32,000 bases of DNA from Candidatus Saccharimonadota bacterium (GTDB lineage Archaea; Micrarchaeota; Micrarchaeia; Micrarchaeales; Micrarchaeaceae), in the NCBI RefSeq assembly GCF_002214165.1, contig NZ_CP019964.1, forward strand, positions 900,001 through 932,000. Direction: 5' to 3'. Under the pieces are notes generated by a model. The model made no database searches. It saw only the letters and a program-made list of their open reading frames with translations, and had not been told where the DNA came from. The position numbers and the translations under genes are program-made. Below are positions 29,826 to 32,000 of this stretch, piece after piece. The stretch's first letter is position 1. Each line of letters starts with the position of its first letter.

Positions 29826-30113
29826 CTAGGGAGGTATCATTATAAAGTCAATTAGAGAATCAGATCCAAAAGGCTCTAACCAAATAAATATTGAATCGAT
29901 AGCCATCAAAACAATGAATATAACCGATACTGTGTAAAAGGTATTTTCAAAACTCTGACCATTAAAGTAGTTTTGCACTCCTGCAAAGTAAGAATTAACT
30001 ACCTGAAGTCCATAGCTCACCACAGTAAAGATTACAATCCCACAAAATGCAACGAGGATATGTTTTCCTAATGTTTTGAGTTTTTCAATGTCCATTCTTT
30101 CACTTTGCTTCAA
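29826..30113 (-). CDS. Hypothetical small membrane protein (2 TM)
   Basis: HILVAFCGIVIFTVVSYGL and FYTVSVIFIVLMAIDSIFIWL hydrophobic helices. No recognised motif. Confidence 0.4.
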   Translation of the reverse strand: MKQSERMDIEKLKTLGKHILVAFCGIVIFTVVSYGLQVVNSYFAGVQNYFNGQSFENTFYTVSVIFIVLMAIDSIFIWLEPFGSDSLIDFIMIPP

Positions 30114-30377
30114 TTAACTTCTTTATCGTTTTCTTCAACCCAAACAACTGCCTTTTCGATAATCCTATACATCTAGCATCTTTTGTTATCATATTCTTGA
30201 CAATATCTGTTATATTTTGCTTAGTTTTTGTGATTAGTAAGTGGACTAAATGGTACAATGTCGGTATTTTTAGTATCAAACCATTTATCGCTAGCTTATT
30301 TAAAAAATAAAAACTATTTTTATTCTGACATTAAGCATCTAAAGTCCACTTAGCTAAATGACGGATGCTTAGTTTGT

Positions 30378-30393
30378 CATTTAAATATTTGGA
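30378..30393 (+). promoter_or_regulatory. TATA-box-like element CATTTAAATATTTGGA for the HAD hydrolase gene
   Basis: Centred about 30 nt upstream of the ATG at 30415, implying a leaderless or very short-leader mRNA. The 16-mer is identical to 5509-5524. Confidence 0.4.
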
Positions 30394-30414
30394 ATACAAC
30401 ATTTAATTGATAAA

Positions 30415-31020
30415 ATGTCATTTGTGGTTGTAGATTTCGATGGCTGCTTGGTTAACGATGTCAGTGAATCATTTAACAAGTACCTACGGTCTTCAGATTC
30501 AAAAATAGAAAATGCTTATAAAGAGGCGATATTTACCGTAATTGACAATGTGCCATTTGCTTTCTCCCGAGCGGCAAAGAAAATAGACTTTAAGAAGATG
30601 TTGAATCAAAATGTTATAAATGGCCTCAAAGAGCTCCAGGACAAAGGGATGGAAATAATAGTAAGGACCGCGAACACGAATCTTGGCAATGACGATATAA
30701 AAGAGATTGAAGATGAGCTTCAAAAAGATGGCCTTAAAGTCAAGATTGAAAGGGCAAAGGACAATGAAAAATGCAGGCTTGAAAACGGAGAGAAACCATC
30801 ATTGATAATTGATGACAACCCTAAGGTAATACTAAATGCGGTAAAGAACGGCATAAACTCAATAATAATATTGACCGACTACAATAAGATCGAAGCCAAG
30901 CTATTGTCAAAAATCAGCAAACATATAATAGTATCCGACCAAAACAAGCTTAAAGATAAATTAAAGGAGTATGACAAATTTAGTAGGCCATTGCCAAGCA
31001 GAAATGTATCTCCTTCTTGA
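30415..31020 (+). CDS. HAD-superfamily hydrolase, 5'(3')-nucleotidase (NT5C)-like
   Basis: Motif I VVDFDGCLVND (DxDG), motif II-like IVRTAN, motif IV LIIDDNP. Size is ~200 aa. Confidence 0.6.
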   Translation: MSFVVVDFDGCLVNDVSESFNKYLRSSDSKIENAYKEAIFTVIDNVPFAFSRAAKKIDFKKMLNQNVINGLKELQDKGMEIIVRTANTNLGNDDIKEIEDELQKDGLKVKIERAKDNEKCRLENGEKPSLIIDDNPKVILNAVKNGINSIIILTDYNKIEAKLLSKISKHIIVSDQNKLKDKLKEYDKFSRPLPSRNVSPS

Positions 31021-31167
31021 CCAATCCAAAATTCTAAATGGTGCTATAAGGCTAAACAAGCCCGAAATCCTGCATCTATAAGATTTCAATAACCTACAGA
31101 ATCTTCAAGTATACAAATTTCAAGTGCCAAAGCTAAAAACTTTGCAATCCTATATATAATTGATAAA

Positions 31168-31713
31168 ATGGACAATTGGAACTCAATAGACTATGAAAGG
31201 CTGAATTCAATGTCTGCGGGCCTGCTTCCTTTAATGAGCAAAATAACTGGAATAATAAAAGGCAAGGATATATTGGATGTGGCCGCAGGGGGTGGAGTAT
31301 TTGCGGCAGAATTGTCAAAGCATGCAAAAAGCGTAATTGCAGTAGACCAATCAGATTCGGCAATAGATACTATGAAAAAGGTCTTATCTGAATACAAAAA
31401 CATAAAGATAATAAAATCAACTGCAGAGTCAATACCATTGCCAGAAAAGAGTGTGGGAATTGTCTTTACGGCAAACGCACTGCATGATATAGGGCTGCAA
31501 TCGTTAACCAAGCTAATCGGCCTAATAAAGGATGGCGGATACTTCATAGACCTTGATTGGGACAAGGAAGATAAGGAATTTGCATATGGGCCTCCAATAA
31601 GCATACGATTAAGTGCATCCGATGTGACTGCTAGCTTGAAAAGCAAAGGGTTAGAGTTATCGGACAGATATGATTACAGATCCCATTACCTGTTGGTCTA
31701 TAAGAAGGGATGA
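31168..31713 (+). CDS. Class I SAM-dependent methyltransferase
   Basis: Motif I ILDVAAGGGVFAAEL, acidic residue in AVDQS, and FTANALHD (post-III). Confidence 0.7.
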   Translation: MDNWNSIDYERLNSMSAGLLPLMSKITGIIKGKDILDVAAGGGVFAAELSKHAKSVIAVDQSDSAIDTMKKVLSEYKNIKIIKSTAESIPLPEKSVGIVFTANALHDIGLQSLTKLIGLIKDGGYFIDLDWDKEDKEFAYGPPISIRLSASDVTASLKSKGLELSDRYDYRSHYLLVYKKG

Positions 31714-31717
31714 CGTT

Positions 31718-32000
31718 ATGAAATTAAAGAAGTTGGGAAATTCAATCACAAGCTTCTCAGAAATCGGATTAGGCACCTGGAAATTGATACCTGATTCCGT
31801 AGAAGTCCCAAAAGTTGCAGCTTACCTGTTTGAAAAAGGGGTAAACTTCATAGACACAGCAGAGATGTACCAAAACGAATCAGAATTGGGAAGCATGCTT
31901 AAGACAATAAAGCACGAGCCTTTTATAGCAACAAAAGTTTCACCAAATCATCTCCATTACAGTGATGTGATAAAATCCTGCAATGAGAGCCTGTCAAGGC
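31718..32000 (+). CDS. Aldo/keto reductase (N-terminal 94 codons; continues past the window)
   Basis: My translation from the ATG at 31718 reads MKLKKLGNSITSFSEIGLGTWKL...KGVNFIDTAEMYQNESELG...ATKV. These are the AKR motifs (LG.G.W, IDTAE.Y). Absent from the ORF track because it is open-ended. Confidence 0.75.
   Translation, partial: MKLKKLGNSITSFSEIGLGTWKLIPDSVEVPKVAAYLFEKGVNFIDTAEMYQNESELGSMLKTIKHEPFIATKVSPNHLHYSDVIKSCNESLSR

Noticed and set aside
31191-31646. 151-aa minus-strand ORF
   Set aside because: It is antisense to the SAM-dependent methyltransferase, which has motif I (ILDVAAGGG) on the plus strand.
1-32000. CRISPR arrays, transposases, integrases, toxin-antitoxin pairs
   Set aside because: I looked for regularly spaced direct repeats and for DDE, tyrosine-recombinase or serine-recombinase-like ORFs and found none. 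The only repeats are the isolated pairs reported above.

Overview
This is an AT-rich archaeal chromosomal segment. Spot counts of individual 60-nt lines gave 17-48% G+C, and most genes look about 33-40%. Information-processing genes dominate.

Minus strand, left end: the conserved ribosomal operon uL3-uL4-uL23-uL2-uS19-uL22, preceded by eL15 and a Pcc1-like gene.

Then, in order:
- TFE
- initiator tRNA-Met
- a Gins51-like gene
- eL42(L44e)-aIF2alpha-PAC2
- intron-containing tRNA-Gly(CCC) and tRNA-Ile(UAU)
- Taw1/TYW1 and RNase P Rpp21
- a DJ-1-like protein
- a free-standing ThrRS-editing-domain homologue
- MscS and PCNA
- an ABC-2 permease
- a HerA/FtsK-type ATPase with a C-terminal nuclease-like module
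- tRNA-Ser(UGA) with a 42-nt intron
- a very AT-rich orphan gene and several small membrane proteins
- a DHH phosphoesterase
- methyltransferases
- an adenosine-kinase-family protein
- Apt
- two tandem polyprenyl synthases
- an unlinked 5S rRNA
- a TldD/PmbA pair
- a PriL-like primase subunit with no Fe-S cysteines
- tRNA-Pro(CGG)
- a HAD hydrolase
- a partial aldo/keto reductase

I saw no CRISPR array, transposase or integrase.

Best candidates for something new:
1. The single-polypeptide HerA-like ATPase plus winged-helix plus PD-(D/E)xK-like fusion, in a low-GC patch beside tRNA-Ser.
2. A 19-bp perfect inverted repeat bracketing a 125-bp spacer of about 15% G+C, directly upstream of the Gins51-like gene. 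It could be an ORB-like origin or a MITE.
3. A genomically encoded tRNA-Ile(UAU).
4. A D'/C'-like K-loop motif in the tRNA-Ser intron, whose guide register points at wobble U34.
5. The stand-alone ThrRS editing domain.
6. The cysteine-less PriL.

All protein calls rest on motif and family recognition from the translated ORFs and on gene order. No database search was possible.
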